From: Candidatus Woesearchaeota archaeon
GTDB taxonomy: Archaea > Nanobdellota > Nanobdellia > Woesearchaeales > UBA10216
Direction of reading: 5' to 3'
Assembly (NCBI GenBank): GCA_043807015.1
Contig: JAZDGJ010000028.1
Coordinates: forward strand, 1,537-65,536
DNA length: 64,000 nt
Below, one piece after another: positions 46,318 to 55,651 of this stretch. The notes under the pieces were generated by a model. That model did not search any database. It had not been told where the DNA came from and saw nothing but the letters and a program-made list of their open reading frames with translations. Each line of letters begins with the position of its first letter. The stretch's first letter is position 1. The position numbers and the translations under genes are program-made.

Positions 46318-46884
46318 TCAGACCCTCTTTGTGATAGTCTTCTCCAGGTCTTTGGTCTCCTGTTTTTTCTTGTCTTCCTCGCTGAGCTCAGGAGCCTTTT
46401 CTGCAGGCTTTGCTTTTGCTTCAGGAGTTTTCTTTACAACCTTTGCCTTCTTTTCCTTTGCCGCCTGCTGCCTATTCTTTACGTTTTCAAGAACTGCTGT
46501 AACGAATTTCTGCGGTTCCTTGAAGTTTGACACTTTCAGCCCCTTTTCCGAGGCTGCGTTTATTATGGCTATTTTTTTCCTGTTGCCTACAGAGCCGCTG
46601 ATTACCACAGTATTTTCCTTTGTCAGCCCGGCAAGCTCGTTTACGTTGCTTACAACCACTGGCTTTAATCCGTTGTGATCAAGATATTTGACTGCTGCCG
46701 GCGAGCCGTAGCCAGTCCTTACAGACTTGGGCTTCCCTCTCCTGTTGAGCCGTATCTTTGACTGGTTGCCCCTGGGTTTTCTCCACCTGTCTTTGTTTAC
46801 TTCTTTGCGCTTGTGCCAGTCAATCATCAGGAAGGATGGCTTTTTTGCCTTCATTCTGTTTCTTTGCTCCAGCAGCGCGTTCAT
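46318..46884 (-). CDS. rpl32e: 50S ribosomal protein L32e with Lys/Ala/Glu-rich C-terminal extension
   Basis: KRKEVNKDRWRKPRGNQSKIRL core. Tail AKEKKAKVVKKTPEAKAKPAEKAPELSEEDKKKQETK. Confidence 0.75.
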   Translation of the reverse strand: MNALLEQRNRMKAKKPSFLMIDWHKRKEVNKDRWRKPRGNQSKIRLNRRGKPKSVRTGYGSPAAVKYLDHNGLKPVVVSNVNELAGLTKENTVVISGSVGNRKKIAIINAASEKGLKVSNFKEPQKFVTAVLENVKNRQQAAKEKKAKVVKKTPEAKAKPAEKAPELSEEDKKKQETKDLEKTITKRV

Positions 46885-47432
46885 GGTTTTGATGTTATGT
46901 ATATTCCGTCCTGGAATACCCTCCTGTCATAGTTAGCTCTTTTTGTGATTTTTTCCAAGCCTGCTGCGGTACTGCCGGCCTGTTCCTTGTCAACGCCCTG
47001 AACTGTTATTTCAGATCCTTCCACTTTTACTGTCACGTCCTTTGAAAATGCAAGCTTTTTGGCAACTTTTGCGCCGACCAGGTTTTTGATTATCACTTCA
47101 TTGCCCGCCACGGTTACATTCATTGGGAAGTGGCTGGAGCAGATTTTTAGCTTGTACGTATGGGGTTCTTTGCAGCCCAACATCATGTTTTTTACATGAG
47201 CTCTAAGGCTTCCGAGCAGCTTTTTTTCCTTCTTGCCGCTTTTTGCTGCCTTGATTGTTATCTTGTCCCCTGCGATCTCCATGCTCATCTTCTTGTGCCC
47301 AATGTCGCGCCTTACTTCGCCCTTTGGGCCCTTCACAACAATCATTCTTCCTTCCAAGGCTACAGTTATTCCAGGCTCTATCTGGATCTCGTGCTGCATT
47401 GCTTCCTTTGCGCTTTTCTTTTTGTCTTTCAT
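46881..47432 (-). CDS. rpl6: 50S ribosomal protein L6 (uL6)
   Basis: Two-domain L6 pattern. Operon position. Confidence 0.85.
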   Translation of the reverse strand: MKDKKKSAKEAMQHEIQIEPGITVALEGRMIVVKGPKGEVRRDIGHKKMSMEIAGDKITIKAAKSGKKEKKLLGSLRAHVKNMMLGCKEPHTYKLKICSSHFPMNVTVAGNEVIIKNLVGAKVAKKLAFSKDVTVKVEGSEITVQGVDKEQAGSTAAGLEKITKRANYDRRVFQDGIYITSKP

Positions 47433-47434
47433 TT

Positions 47435-47824
47435 TTAATAACAGTAAGCGAGCAGTTTTCCGCCTATGCTTCTCTCCTTCGCAGTCTTATGAGTCATGAT
47501 GCCCTGCTGGGTTGTGACTATGAGTATGCCGAAGTTTCTTGCCGGAAGGAACCTGTTTTCGAATTTCTCATAGCTGTCGTTCTTGACTGAGAACCTTGGC
47601 TTCACAGGACCGCACTTGTTTATTGTTCCAATAAGGTTTACTACGAGCTTTCCTCCTGTGGCATCCTCTTCGAATGTGCTCTCGCCTATGTAGCCGTTCT
47701 CGTTGAGTGTTTTCAGCACTTCGCGCACGAGCTTTGAGATGGGCTTTATTGTTACTGTTTTCCTGCCCCTTTGCTGGCCGTTCATTATTTTCGAAAGCAC
47801 GTTTGAAAGTATGTCGTTAAGCAT
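47435..47824 (-). CDS. rps8: 30S ribosomal protein S8 (uS8)
   Basis: MLNDILSNVLSKIMNGQQRGRK start at ATG 47824. The longer ORF-track form overlaps S14. Confidence 0.8.
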   Translation of the reverse strand: MLNDILSNVLSKIMNGQQRGRKTVTIKPISKLVREVLKTLNENGYIGESTFEEDATGGKLVVNLIGTINKCGPVKPRFSVKNDSYEKFENRFLPARNFGILIVTTQQGIMTHKTAKERSIGGKLLAYCY

Positions 47825-47832
47825 TTTTTCCC

Positions 47833-48063
47833 TCAGCTGTATTTTGTAAAGCCAATCCTGCTGGCTGTGTCCCTGAAGCATCTCCTGCACAGGTTTATGC
47901 CGTATTTTCCCACGTGGCCCCTAGGATTTCCGCAACGGGTGCATCTTTTTGTTTCCCTTCCGAACTCCCTTTTCTTTGGCGTGTTGAATTTTTCAAAGCG
48001 CTTCATCTTTGCCGGCTTATTTTTGAGCTGTTTCAGCATGTTAAGGTATGTTCCTACAGTCAC
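47833..48063 (-). CDS. rps14: 30S ribosomal protein S14 (uS14, zinc-binding type)
   Basis: [24 protein letters not shown]. Confidence 0.8.
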   Translation of the reverse strand: MTVGTYLNMLKQLKNKPAKMKRFEKFNTPKKREFGRETKRCTRCGNPRGHVGKYGINLCRRCFRDTASRIGFTKYS

Positions 48064-48581
48064 TCTTCTTCACCCACCTTTATGTTAAACTCTTTTTTCA
48101 TGTACTCTATGGCGTCTTCCCTCTTTATCCTGTGCGACTTTGGTATTGGCGTTTGCCTGAAGCTTCTTTTCTTGACCCTGAAGCCAGGCCTTTCCAGTGT
48201 AATGCAGACCTCAAGTCCCGTTATTCCGATTGAAGGGTCATATTCTACGCCGGGAATGTCAATATATTCTGGTATTCCGAATGCAACATTGCCTTCATTG
48301 TCAAACTGCGATGGCTTTAACATGTTTTCCCTCGCCTGAAGCAGCCTTCTCAGGAGCTCTGCTGCCTTTTTCTTTCTAATGGTAAGCTTGCAGCCTATTG
48401 CGAGCCCTGGCCTCAAGCCCCAGTTTGGGATTCTCTTGTTTGTGAAAGTCTTGACTGGCTCGATGCCAGTCATGTTCTTGATTAGCTTTATACCCTTGTC
48501 AAGCCTTTCCTGGCTCTTGCCAGCACCTATGTTCAAGGTGATCTTCTCTATCCTGATTGTTTTCATTGGATTATTTTCCAT
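48060..48581 (-). CDS. rpl5: 50S ribosomal protein L5 (uL5)
   Basis: [21 protein letters not shown] start. Confidence 0.85.
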   Translation of the reverse strand: MENNPMKTIRIEKITLNIGAGKSQERLDKGIKLIKNMTGIEPVKTFTNKRIPNWGLRPGLAIGCKLTIRKKKAAELLRRLLQARENMLKPSQFDNEGNVAFGIPEYIDIPGVEYDPSIGITGLEVCITLERPGFRVKKRSFRQTPIPKSHRIKREDAIEYMKKEFNIKVGEEE

Positions 48582-49263
48582 TCTCTGTCACAGTTACTGC
48601 AGGCTTCTCGTTGCCTATAACTATCGCAAACTTTTTGAGCGTTTCAAAGGTGTCCTTTCCAGACTTGATTACCAGCTTGTCCTTGTCAATGCCTTCCACA
48701 TTTCCGGTTGTTCCAGCATGCTCTCCTCCGAAGAGGTATGCAATTGCGCCCTTTTCAAGCTTGAAAAAACTTTTTACCTCGCGCTTTGGCAGCGCCAGCA
48801 CGGCACTGTCGCCTGTTTTGCAGTCCTTGTTGTCTGAAAGCACGTTTGTGCCGTCATTAAGGTTAAGCTGCATCTTTCCTTTGTTGAGGGTTTTCTTGTT
48901 GTTTATCCTGCAGACTTTCACAATAGACTCCTCCTTGCTTATCTTGACAAGCTTCAGCTTCTTGTCTTCGCCAATGACCATCCTGAAGGCTGCTTCAAGG
49001 TCTGGGAAATCAAGCGTGCTCATAAGGGCAACGGCTATTTTTTCGTCCTTCCTTCTTGTGCCGTCCACTAAAACTTCCCTTGTGTTGAGTATGTATTTTG
49101 CCTCTCTCATTGTCTTTGCATAGCCGAGCACATCCCTCAGCACTATGCCTAGGGGCAGCCCGTAGCGCAACTCGCCGCGAGGCCTGAGTATGAATTTTGC
49201 GGTCTTTCTGGCTATCGGCCATTCCTTTGGCGCTGCAAGCCTCTTAAGGTATCCGGTTGTCAT
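48571..49263 (-). CDS. rps4e: 30S ribosomal protein S4e
   Basis: MTTGYLKRLAAPKEWPIARK start. S4-like, KOW. Confidence 0.85.
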   Translation of the reverse strand: MTTGYLKRLAAPKEWPIARKTAKFILRPRGELRYGLPLGIVLRDVLGYAKTMREAKYILNTREVLVDGTRRKDEKIAVALMSTLDFPDLEAAFRMVIGEDKKLKLVKISKEESIVKVCRINNKKTLNKGKMQLNLNDGTNVLSDNKDCKTGDSAVLALPKREVKSFFKLEKGAIAYLFGGEHAGTTGNVEGIDKDKLVIKSGKDTFETLKKFAIVIGNEKPAVTVTENGK

Positions 49264-49661
49264 TTTTTTCCTCTGGATTTTTTCATGCTTGAGACTCTTT
49301 TCTTGTCCTCAAGCACGAGCTGCATAATCAAAACGTTTGCAGGGTCTATGGCTGGGAAACTCTTTGTCCCTTCCCTCTTTGTCACATCAATGCCTGCGAC
49401 GTAGATTTTGCTATTTTTCAGGTCAAGGCGCTCAATCTTTCCTTCCTTTCCCTTGAAGTCGCCCTTGGTTATTTTGACAGTATCGCCTTTCCTCAAGGGG
49501 AAGCTCCTTCTTCCGTATTTTGTCCTGAGCTCTTTTGCCAAATGGCCGCTAAGGAAGCTCCGCCTTATGTTCAATGGTGCGTGAATCCTGTATTTTCTCT
49601 GCTTCCTTATGCTCTTGCTTCCCTTCCAGTATCGTGAAAATTCTTTCATGGTATCACACAA
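49260..49661 (-). CDS. rpl24: 50S ribosomal protein L24 (uL24)
   Basis: KOW motif LRKGDTVKITKGDFKGKEGKI. Confidence 0.8.
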   Translation of the reverse strand: MCDTMKEFSRYWKGSKSIRKQRKYRIHAPLNIRRSFLSGHLAKELRTKYGRRSFPLRKGDTVKITKGDFKGKEGKIERLDLKNSKIYVAGIDVTKREGTKSFPAIDPANVLIMQLVLEDKKRVSSMKKSRGKK

Positions 49662-50055
49662 TTGAGCTCGCCAGCTTTGCTATTGGCGGCCATCTCTCGC
49701 ACACTTCCTTTGGTATTGGACCCTTGAGGATTGTTCCTTTTGGGTTTCCTTTTTCATCCTTTGATATGACAACTGCGTTGTCCTCAAATTTTATCCTGTC
49801 GCCGTTCAGTCTCCTGTATTCTTTCCTCTGCCTGACTATGACTGCGTAGACAACCTGCTTCCTCATTTCAGGCGTTCCTTTTCTTACGGCAACAAGCACC
49901 AGCTGCCCCACTCCGCCGGAGGGCTTTCTTCCCTTCACTGTCTTTGAGCCTATAAATGAGACTATCCTCACGAGCTTTGCTCCTGAGTTGTCGCACGGCT
50001 CAACAAAGCTGCCGTGGCTTAAAGCGTGAGTGATCCTTGCCTTTACTGCTTTCAT
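49654..50055 (-). CDS. rpl14: 50S ribosomal protein L14 (uL14)
   Basis: MKAVKARITHALSHGSFVEPCDNSGAK start. Confidence 0.85.
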   Translation of the reverse strand: MKAVKARITHALSHGSFVEPCDNSGAKLVRIVSFIGSKTVKGRKPSGGVGQLVLVAVRKGTPEMRKQVVYAVIVRQRKEYRRLNGDRIKFEDNAVVISKDEKGNPKGTILKGPIPKEVCERWPPIAKLASSIV

Positions 50056-50056
50056 C

Positions 50057-50353
50057 TTACTGCACCTTCTCCATGACTACGAATTTTTTGGTTTTGCTGA
50101 GCGGCCTGCATTCTGAAACTTTGACAATGTCGCCTTCCTTGGCTGCGATGCAGTCAGGATTATGGGCTTTTATGTTTGTGAGCCTATTCTCATACCTGTC
50201 ATACTTCTTGAGGTAGTTTCTCCTTTCAATCTGTATCGTGACAGATCTCCTCATCTTTGCAGACTTCACCCTTCCTGTCAGGACCTTGCCCCTTATCTTG
50301 AGGCTGCCATGTACAGGACAGCGCGCATCTCCGCAATCTTTTTTTTCGCTCAT
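50057..50353 (-). CDS. rps17: 30S ribosomal protein S17 (uS17)
   Basis: OB-fold GKVLTGRVKSAKMRRSVTIQIER. Confidence 0.8.
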   Translation of the reverse strand: MSEKKDCGDARCPVHGSLKIRGKVLTGRVKSAKMRRSVTIQIERRNYLKKYDRYENRLTNIKAHNPDCIAAKEGDIVKVSECRPLSKTKKFVVMEKVQ

Positions 50354-50619
50354 CAGTTCACCTTTATTCTTTCTTCAGGCCTTTTTGCCAGTGATTTTCC
50401 TTCGATCATGATTTTTTTCCCGCCAGCGTCAAGTTCGATTTTGACCTGCGCCTTCAGGATTTTTTTTATCCCGCTGGCAGTCTCAACCGTTATGGTGTTT
50501 TTTGTCTCGTCTATGGCTTTTCCTCGGATGCCCACGAGGGACTTATTCAAGGCATCTACTACCATTATCTCGCAGCCTATTATTTCATCTCTGAAAGCTT
50601 CCAATTTGCCTTCCACCAT
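50353..50619 (-). CDS. rnp1: RNase P protein component 1 (Rpp29/Pop4 homolog)
   Basis: EIIGCEIMVVDALNKSLVGIRGKAIDETKNTI Sm-like fold. Conserved operon position. Confidence 0.7.
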   Translation of the reverse strand: MVEGKLEAFRDEIIGCEIMVVDALNKSLVGIRGKAIDETKNTITVETASGIKKILKAQVKIELDAGGKKIMIEGKSLAKRPEERIKVN

Positions 50620-50621
50620 TT

Positions 50622-50930
50622 TTATTGCACTTCGATGCTGTCTTCGGCAAAGCCAAGCTGGACGAGCAGTTTCTTGGCCTTATGCTTGTGGTCGCCTTGC
50701 AGCTCTATTTTGCCTTCCTTGGCTGTGCCCCCGCACGCCAAAGTTGACTTGAGCTTTTTCGCCACGTCCCTGAGGTCAATTTCCTTCTCGTCAAGCCCCT
50801 CCACAATTGTGCAGATCTTCTTGAATTTCTTGTTCTGGGTGTAAACCTTTATCTTTTGGTTTTCCTTCGCTATGGTTTCGCACACACATAGGGGCTTTGG
50901 AAGCCCGCATCTTGGGCAAATCTCGCTCAC
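50622..50930 (-). CDS. sui1: translation initiation factor aSUI1 (eIF1 homolog)
   Basis: CPRCGLPKPLCVCE N-terminal Zn knuckle plus SUI1 domain (ACGGTAKEG). Confidence 0.75.
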   Translation of the reverse strand: MSEICPRCGLPKPLCVCETIAKENQKIKVYTQNKKFKKICTIVEGLDEKEIDLRDVAKKLKSTLACGGTAKEGKIELQGDHKHKAKKLLVQLGFAEDSIEVQ

Positions 50931-51133
50931 TTTGGTGTTTTCCTCCTTTGGTTGTTAAGCGTTAGTATCCTTGCGATTTGTCTTTTGATTTTTCTTATTG
51001 TGCCCGGGCTTTTCGGAACTGTGCCTGAGGCTACCTGTGCGTTGATTTTCATAAGCTCCTTTCTCATTTCAACGAGCTGTTTTGCGAGCGCGTCCTCTTT
51101 CAACGGTTCGAGTTCACGCATTTTTTTGTTCAT
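50927..51133 (-). CDS. rpl29: 50S ribosomal protein L29 (uL29)
   Basis: Helical protein of 68 aa, LRKELMKINAQ. Confidence 0.75.
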   Translation of the reverse strand: MNKKMRELEPLKEDALAKQLVEMRKELMKINAQVASGTVPKSPGTIRKIKRQIARILTLNNQRRKTPK

Positions 51134-51782
51134 TTTTCTCCTCTGCCTTCTCTGCTTTTTCAGCCGGCTTCTCTTCCTTTGGAGCTGTTTCTTCCTTGAA
51201 TGTCATGTCATCAGGTCTTGTCATCTTTGGCATTATTCTTACTCTTACGCCGACGGTCCCGGATTTTAGCTGAGCCTCGGCCATAGCCCTCTTGACATCT
51301 TTCATTGCGGTGTCTCCGCACTTCTTTAGGTAGCCGCCTAATACTCTCCATGATCTTGCCCTCGAGGAGGGCACTTTTCCTGAGATTATAACTTCAATGC
51401 CCATCGCGCCGTTGCTCAGGGCGTCCTGCACCGCTTTGTGCATTATTCCCTTGAAGCGCTTTATCCCGAATCTTTCCAGTGCAGACGCGATGTTTTCTGC
51501 GACTATCTGGGCATCAGCCTGCGGGTATTCAACCTCGCTTATCTCTATCTGCGGGTTTTCAAGCTTGAACTTGCTTTTGAGCGTGCTGGTGAGCCTGCTT
51601 ATGTTCTCTCCTTTCCTCCCGACAATCAGGCCCGGCCTTGAGGCATAGATTACGATTTTCTCGCCGAGGGGCGTTCTTTGGAGCTTTGTGTGGCTGTGCC
51701 CGACGTTTTTCAGTGTCGTTGCTATGAACTCCTGTATTTCAAATTCCTTCTTGTACTGCTTCACAAACTCGCGCTCAATCAT
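51114..51782 (-). CDS. rps3: 30S ribosomal protein S3 (uS3)
   Basis: KH domain GLIVGRKGENI. Confidence 0.85.
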   Translation of the reverse strand: MIEREFVKQYKKEFEIQEFIATTLKNVGHSHTKLQRTPLGEKIVIYASRPGLIVGRKGENISRLTSTLKSKFKLENPQIEISEVEYPQADAQIVAENIASALERFGIKRFKGIMHKAVQDALSNGAMGIEVIISGKVPSSRARSWRVLGGYLKKCGDTAMKDVKRAMAEAQLKSGTVGVRVRIMPKMTRPDDMTFKEETAPKEEKPAEKAEKAEEKNEQKNA

Positions 51783-52240
51783 TTCTGTGCCTCTTTCTTC
51801 GGAGCAGTTTTCTTGGTTTCTTTCCCCTCGACTACTGCTATTTCAATGTGAGTTCGCTTCATTTGCCCGCGGTGCCTTCCGTAATGCATGGTCTTTTGGG
51901 CTTTGTTCGCCATTAGCCTGCTTATGACGAGGCTTTCCTTATTCAGCCCTTTCTGCTCTGCGTTCGCCTGCACATCCTTTACAAGCTTTATCATTGCCTT
52001 GCAGACATTGACAGGGTATCTTGCAGGTCCGTAACCAACCTTATGTCCCAAGCCGCCCTTGTTGTATCTCTTGAAAGGTATGCTCTCTTTCAGCTTTGAA
52101 ACCCTTTCAAGCAGTATGAGGGCTTTCTTTACGCTTTTGCCTCTCAGTGAGCTGCATACTTCAACAGACTTCTTGAATGACAATGGCATATGCAACGCCT
52201 TTGACACTGCTTCCTGTGGTTTTTCCATTTTCATCCTCAC
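51779..52240 (-). CDS. rpl22: 50S ribosomal protein L22 (uL22)
   Basis: Operon position and size. Basic extended loop. Confidence 0.8.
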   Translation of the reverse strand: MRMKMEKPQEAVSKALHMPLSFKKSVEVCSSLRGKSVKKALILLERVSKLKESIPFKRYNKGGLGHKVGYGPARYPVNVCKAMIKLVKDVQANAEQKGLNKESLVISRLMANKAQKTMHYGRHRGQMKRTHIEIAVVEGKETKKTAPKKEAQK

Positions 52241-52620
52241 TTCACTGACAGGCTTGCGCTGCTTCTTGTTGCGCCTATGCCTGGAGCAGAGTGCGTTACT
52301 TTCTTTCTTGTGAGTGCAAACTCTCCGAGGTAATGCCCTAGCATCTCCGGCTGTATGATAACATCTAAAAAGCCCTTTCCATTGTGGACTCTTATTGTCT
52401 TGTCAAGCATCTCTGGCAGTATTATCATGTTTCTTGCGTGCGTTTCAAGGTTCTTCTTGCCCTTCTTTATGTGCTGCAGGAAGTCCTTCTGCAAATCATC
52501 AAGTCCCCTCTTCAGGCTTCTTCTCTGCCTTGCGGGAAGAAGCTCTGCAAATTCCTTCAGGGTCATCTTTTTTATTTCGTCAAGCGTTTTTCCCCTGAAT
52601 GTGAATTCTTTCTTTGTCAT
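52237..52620 (-). CDS. rps19: 30S ribosomal protein S19 (uS19)
   Basis: [27 protein letters not shown]. Confidence 0.85.
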   Translation of the reverse strand: MTKKEFTFRGKTLDEIKKMTLKEFAELLPARQRRSLKRGLDDLQKDFLQHIKKGKKNLETHARNMIILPEMLDKTIRVHNGKGFLDVIIQPEMLGHYLGEFALTRKKVTHSAPGIGATRSSASLSVK

Positions 52621-52622
52621 TT

Positions 52623-53339
52623 TTACCTTCTCCTTCCGCTCCTTCTGGGCCTTATGCTGCCGACTTTTGCTCCTGGGCAGGCGAACCTTCTGGCCGCCAT
52701 TGGCTTTCCTTTCTTTGATTTTCTGGAGCCCCCGAATTTATGTGCAACAGCGTTCATTGACATCGCGCATACGATCGGGTAATACCTGTTCCTTGCTTTT
52801 GACTTGTGATACTGGTTTCCTGCCTTGAGCAGCGGCTTCTCCGTTCTTCCGCTTCCTGCGATGATTCCTATCGCTGCCCTGCACTGGGGATTGAACAGGC
52901 GCTCCTTCTTTGAAGGCAGCATGACCAATATTCCTTTTTCGTTTTTTCCTGTGATTCTTGCGAAATTCCCTGAAGACCTTACGAACTTTCCGCCGTCTCC
53001 AGGCGTGCTCTCGATATTAAAAATCCCGGTTCCCTCAGGTATTTTTTCCAGCGGCAGAATGTTGCCTGCGTTTATTTCAGCACCAGGACCCATCTGTATT
53101 GTGTCGCCAACTTTCATTCCCTCTGGCGCGATTAGCAATTCTTCCTTCTTGTCTGCAAATTGGACTTCGGCTATCGGCGCGTAATGCCCCTGGCTGTGGA
53201 CTATGTCCCTTACTATGCCCTTGGCAACCCCTTCTGCCTGTATGCCTGGATGCCTGACGTCTCCAATGTACCTGAAGCTTGGAGCCCTGAATGTGGTGCT
53301 GCCCTTTCCCCGTCTTTGCTGGACAAGATTCTTACCCAT
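52623..53339 (-). CDS. rpl2: 50S ribosomal protein L2 (uL2)
   Basis: [19 protein letters not shown]... C-terminal [10 protein letters not shown]. Confidence 0.9.
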   Translation of the reverse strand: MGKNLVQQRRGKGSTTFRAPSFRYIGDVRHPGIQAEGVAKGIVRDIVHSQGHYAPIAEVQFADKKEELLIAPEGMKVGDTIQMGPGAEINAGNILPLEKIPEGTGIFNIESTPGDGGKFVRSSGNFARITGKNEKGILVMLPSKKERLFNPQCRAAIGIIAGSGRTEKPLLKAGNQYHKSKARNRYYPIVCAMSMNAVAHKFGGSRKSKKGKPMAARRFACPGAKVGSIRPRRSGRRR

Positions 53340-53340
53340 T

Positions 53341-53598
53341 TTACATCATTCCCATTTGAGTGGCAACATCAATTGCCGGCGTCTCGGGTGACAGCCTTAC
53401 ATATGCCCTCTTTTTGCCGCCCTTGAGCAGTGTATTTACTTTTGTTACCTTGACGTTGAATAAGCTCTCAATCGCCTTCTTTATGTCCTGCTTCTTTGCC
53501 CGCTTTGAGACTGAAAACAGCAGCTTGTTCTCTGATTCCATGAGCCTGATTTCCTTTTCAGTTGAAATCATGTGGTTGATTACTTCGTAATTTTCCAT
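53341..53598 (-). CDS. rpl23: 50S ribosomal protein L23 (uL23)
   Basis: 85 aa. Operon position. Confidence 0.8.
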   Translation of the reverse strand: MENYEVINHMISTEKEIRLMESENKLLFSVSKRAKKQDIKKAIESLFNVKVTKVNTLLKGGKKRAYVRLSPETPAIDVATQMGMM

Positions 53599-53600
53599 TT

Positions 53601-54407
53601 TTATCTCGCGTATATCTTTTCTTTTTTCATCCTTTCAATGGCAGTTGTTGTTATCAGCACAGGCCTTCCAGGTATTGTGCCGGGAGCAAGCAGTTCTGCA
53701 TTTAACTTGTTTACCGAAGATACATCAATCCCAGGTATGTTTCTTGCTGCCTTCATGAGGCTGCAGTCGTTTGAGACGATTATGAGCAAACCCTTCTTTA
53801 CCCTGTATTTTCTTCCGCGCATCCTGCCTCTTCCAGCCCTTTGAACTTTTTCAGAAGTTCTTTCAAGCTCCTTTTCCATGCCCACTTTTTTCAATGCAGA
53901 GAAAATTTCCTTTGTCTTTGAAATTTTTTCAAAAGAGTCGTCTGCTGCAAACGGGTAGTTTGCAGGCACATTGTGTATTTTGCTGACAAGTTCCTTTGAC
54001 ATTACTGCGGTGAGGGCAGAGCGTATTGCTTTTCTCTCTTCCTGCCGGTTCATTTTTCTTTCAAGTATCTTCCAGGACTTTGGAGGATGCGCCCTGTGTC
54101 CGCCAACCGTGCTCGGCACGAATGCGCCGACCCAGTTGAATTGAGTTCCGCGGTGGCTCATAATTTTCCTTGGCACCCTTGATATTCCGTGCCCATATGC
54201 CCCTCTGTAATCATGCCTTCTCCTTGACAATGTGGCAGAAGCCCTCTTTCCAGCTTCAGGAAAGTTGCCGTATGGCTGCCAGTTCCTGCTTTGCTCTGCA
54301 AGCACTGCCCTTGCTATAAGGTCTGCGTTTACAGCTTCATTGAACTGCTCAGGCAGCTCAATCTCGCCGGTTTTCTCGTTAGCCGCATTTCTTACTTCGA
54401 TTTTCAT
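53601..54407 (-). CDS. rpl4: 50S ribosomal protein L4 (uL4)
   Basis: 268 aa. GRGRMRGRKYRVKKG loop. Confidence 0.85.
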   Translation of the reverse strand: MKIEVRNAANEKTGEIELPEQFNEAVNADLIARAVLAEQSRNWQPYGNFPEAGKRASATLSRRRHDYRGAYGHGISRVPRKIMSHRGTQFNWVGAFVPSTVGGHRAHPPKSWKILERKMNRQEERKAIRSALTAVMSKELVSKIHNVPANYPFAADDSFEKISKTKEIFSALKKVGMEKELERTSEKVQRAGRGRMRGRKYRVKKGLLIIVSNDCSLMKAARNIPGIDVSSVNKLNAELLAPGTIPGRPVLITTTAIERMKKEKIYAR

Positions 54408-54408
54408 T

Positions 54409-54468
54409 GGTTCACTGGGCTTTCGCCTTAGTCTTTTTACACAGGTTCACTGGAACCGCCAGTGAACC
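54409..54468 (-). promoter_or_regulatory. structured L3-L4 intergenic RNA element: 10-nt stem GGUUCACUGG with two alternative CCAGUGAACC partners, the distal one abutting the L4 AUG
   Basis: Plus-strand ggttcactgg at 54409-54418 and 54444-54453, ccagtgaacc at 54459-54468. An adjacent cccaa-caa-ttggg hairpin flanked by A/T runs at 54469-54495 overlaps the L3 stop. Confidence 0.5.
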
Positions 54469-54493
54469 TTAAAAATCCCAACAATTGGGGTTT

Positions 54494-55480
54494 TTATTGT
54501 TTTGATGACAAGTCTATTGTTGTTATTGAAGGAGCCTCAGTCGGGAGCTTTTTGTTTGGCCTTGCCGCAGGAGTCATCCTTATCAGCCTTTTTGAGGCTC
54601 CGAATACAGAGCCCTTTAGAAGCATGTAATTGCTCTTGACAAGCCCGTATCTTATCGCGCCGCCTTTTGGGTTCACAGTTTCAGGGTTTTCTGACATCTT
54701 GACAATCCAGCTGTTTCTCTGCAGCCTGTTGTGGAAGCCCATCTGACCTGCATGTGCCACAGTCCAGCCGCGGTTGCCGTTCCATGGGCCGTAGTTTCCC
54801 GGTCCTCTAACGCCTTTCTCAGATTTGTGCTGTTTTAGATCAACTCCAAATCTTTTTACAGGGCCTTGGAAGCCTTTTCCTTTTGTGACTGCGTGAATGT
54901 CAACCTGCTGCCCTTCCTTTAAGACATCTGCTGCCTTGATTTCCTTTCCAAGGTTCTGCTTTGCATAGTCGAACTTTGCATTGATTTCCTTTCCGCCGAT
55001 TGCAAGCTCGAAAACCTCAGGCTTCTTCTTGCCTGTTGCAGTAAGCTCTGGCTGTGTGCAGACATTTATCCTTACGTCAGCATATTCGCCCAGCTTCTGC
55101 TCGGCAGCTGCGATTTTAGGCAAAGCATCTTTTTTTGGCAGCCTCATGGTGCGGGCAAGCGCTTTATAGTCAGAATGGAATATTTCATTTGCAAGGGCAA
55201 GTCCCCTGTCAGTTTTTTGGTAAAGGCGTATTGATATGAGCCTGAGCGGCGGGCACTCAATTATTGTTGTCGGGATTGAGATTTCCTCGCCTTTAGTCAT
55301 TGAGTTTTTTCCGTTGTCGACCATTATCACGTGGGTCATGCCGACTTTGTAGCCGGCAAATCCAATCGGCTTAATTTCTGGAATAGAAGGATAGCTTCTC
55401 ACTCGGGGATACATCCTGTGCGCCCTCTTCCTTGGCGCAAACTGCAGGGTTCCTCTTCTCGGGTGCCTTGTTGTTGCCAT
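54494..55480 (-). CDS. rpl3: 50S ribosomal protein L3 (uL3)
   Basis: 328 aa. First gene of the operon. Confidence 0.9.
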   Translation of the reverse strand: MATTRHPRRGTLQFAPRKRAHRMYPRVRSYPSIPEIKPIGFAGYKVGMTHVIMVDNGKNSMTKGEEISIPTTIIECPPLRLISIRLYQKTDRGLALANEIFHSDYKALARTMRLPKKDALPKIAAAEQKLGEYADVRINVCTQPELTATGKKKPEVFELAIGGKEINAKFDYAKQNLGKEIKAADVLKEGQQVDIHAVTKGKGFQGPVKRFGVDLKQHKSEKGVRGPGNYGPWNGNRGWTVAHAGQMGFHNRLQRNSWIVKMSENPETVNPKGGAIRYGLVKSNYMLLKGSVFGASKRLIRMTPAARPNKKLPTEAPSITTIDLSSKQ

Positions 55481-55567
55481 TTTGGATTCTTATCTCTTTG
55501 AAACTTGCCGTTGGAAAAAGCCTTTTAGTGAGTCCTCTTATTCAGAAACCAGAGCCGCAACTCAGTA

Positions 55568-55618
55568 CTGAAAAGGTCCCTTTTCAGGCTTAACGCGGTA
55601 TTCACCGAGTGAATACCG
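55568..55618 (-). promoter_or_regulatory. two strong hairpins in about 170-nt leader / priS 3' region upstream of rpl3 (stems ctgaaaagg/ccttttcag and cggtattcac/gtgaataccg)
   Basis: Perfect 9-bp and 10-bp stems read directly. Minus-strand TATA-like ctttaaata overlaps the priS stop at 55644-55654. Confidence 0.45.
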
Positions 55619-55651
55619 TCGGATTAGCGAAGGGAGAAATGGGAGGGGTAT

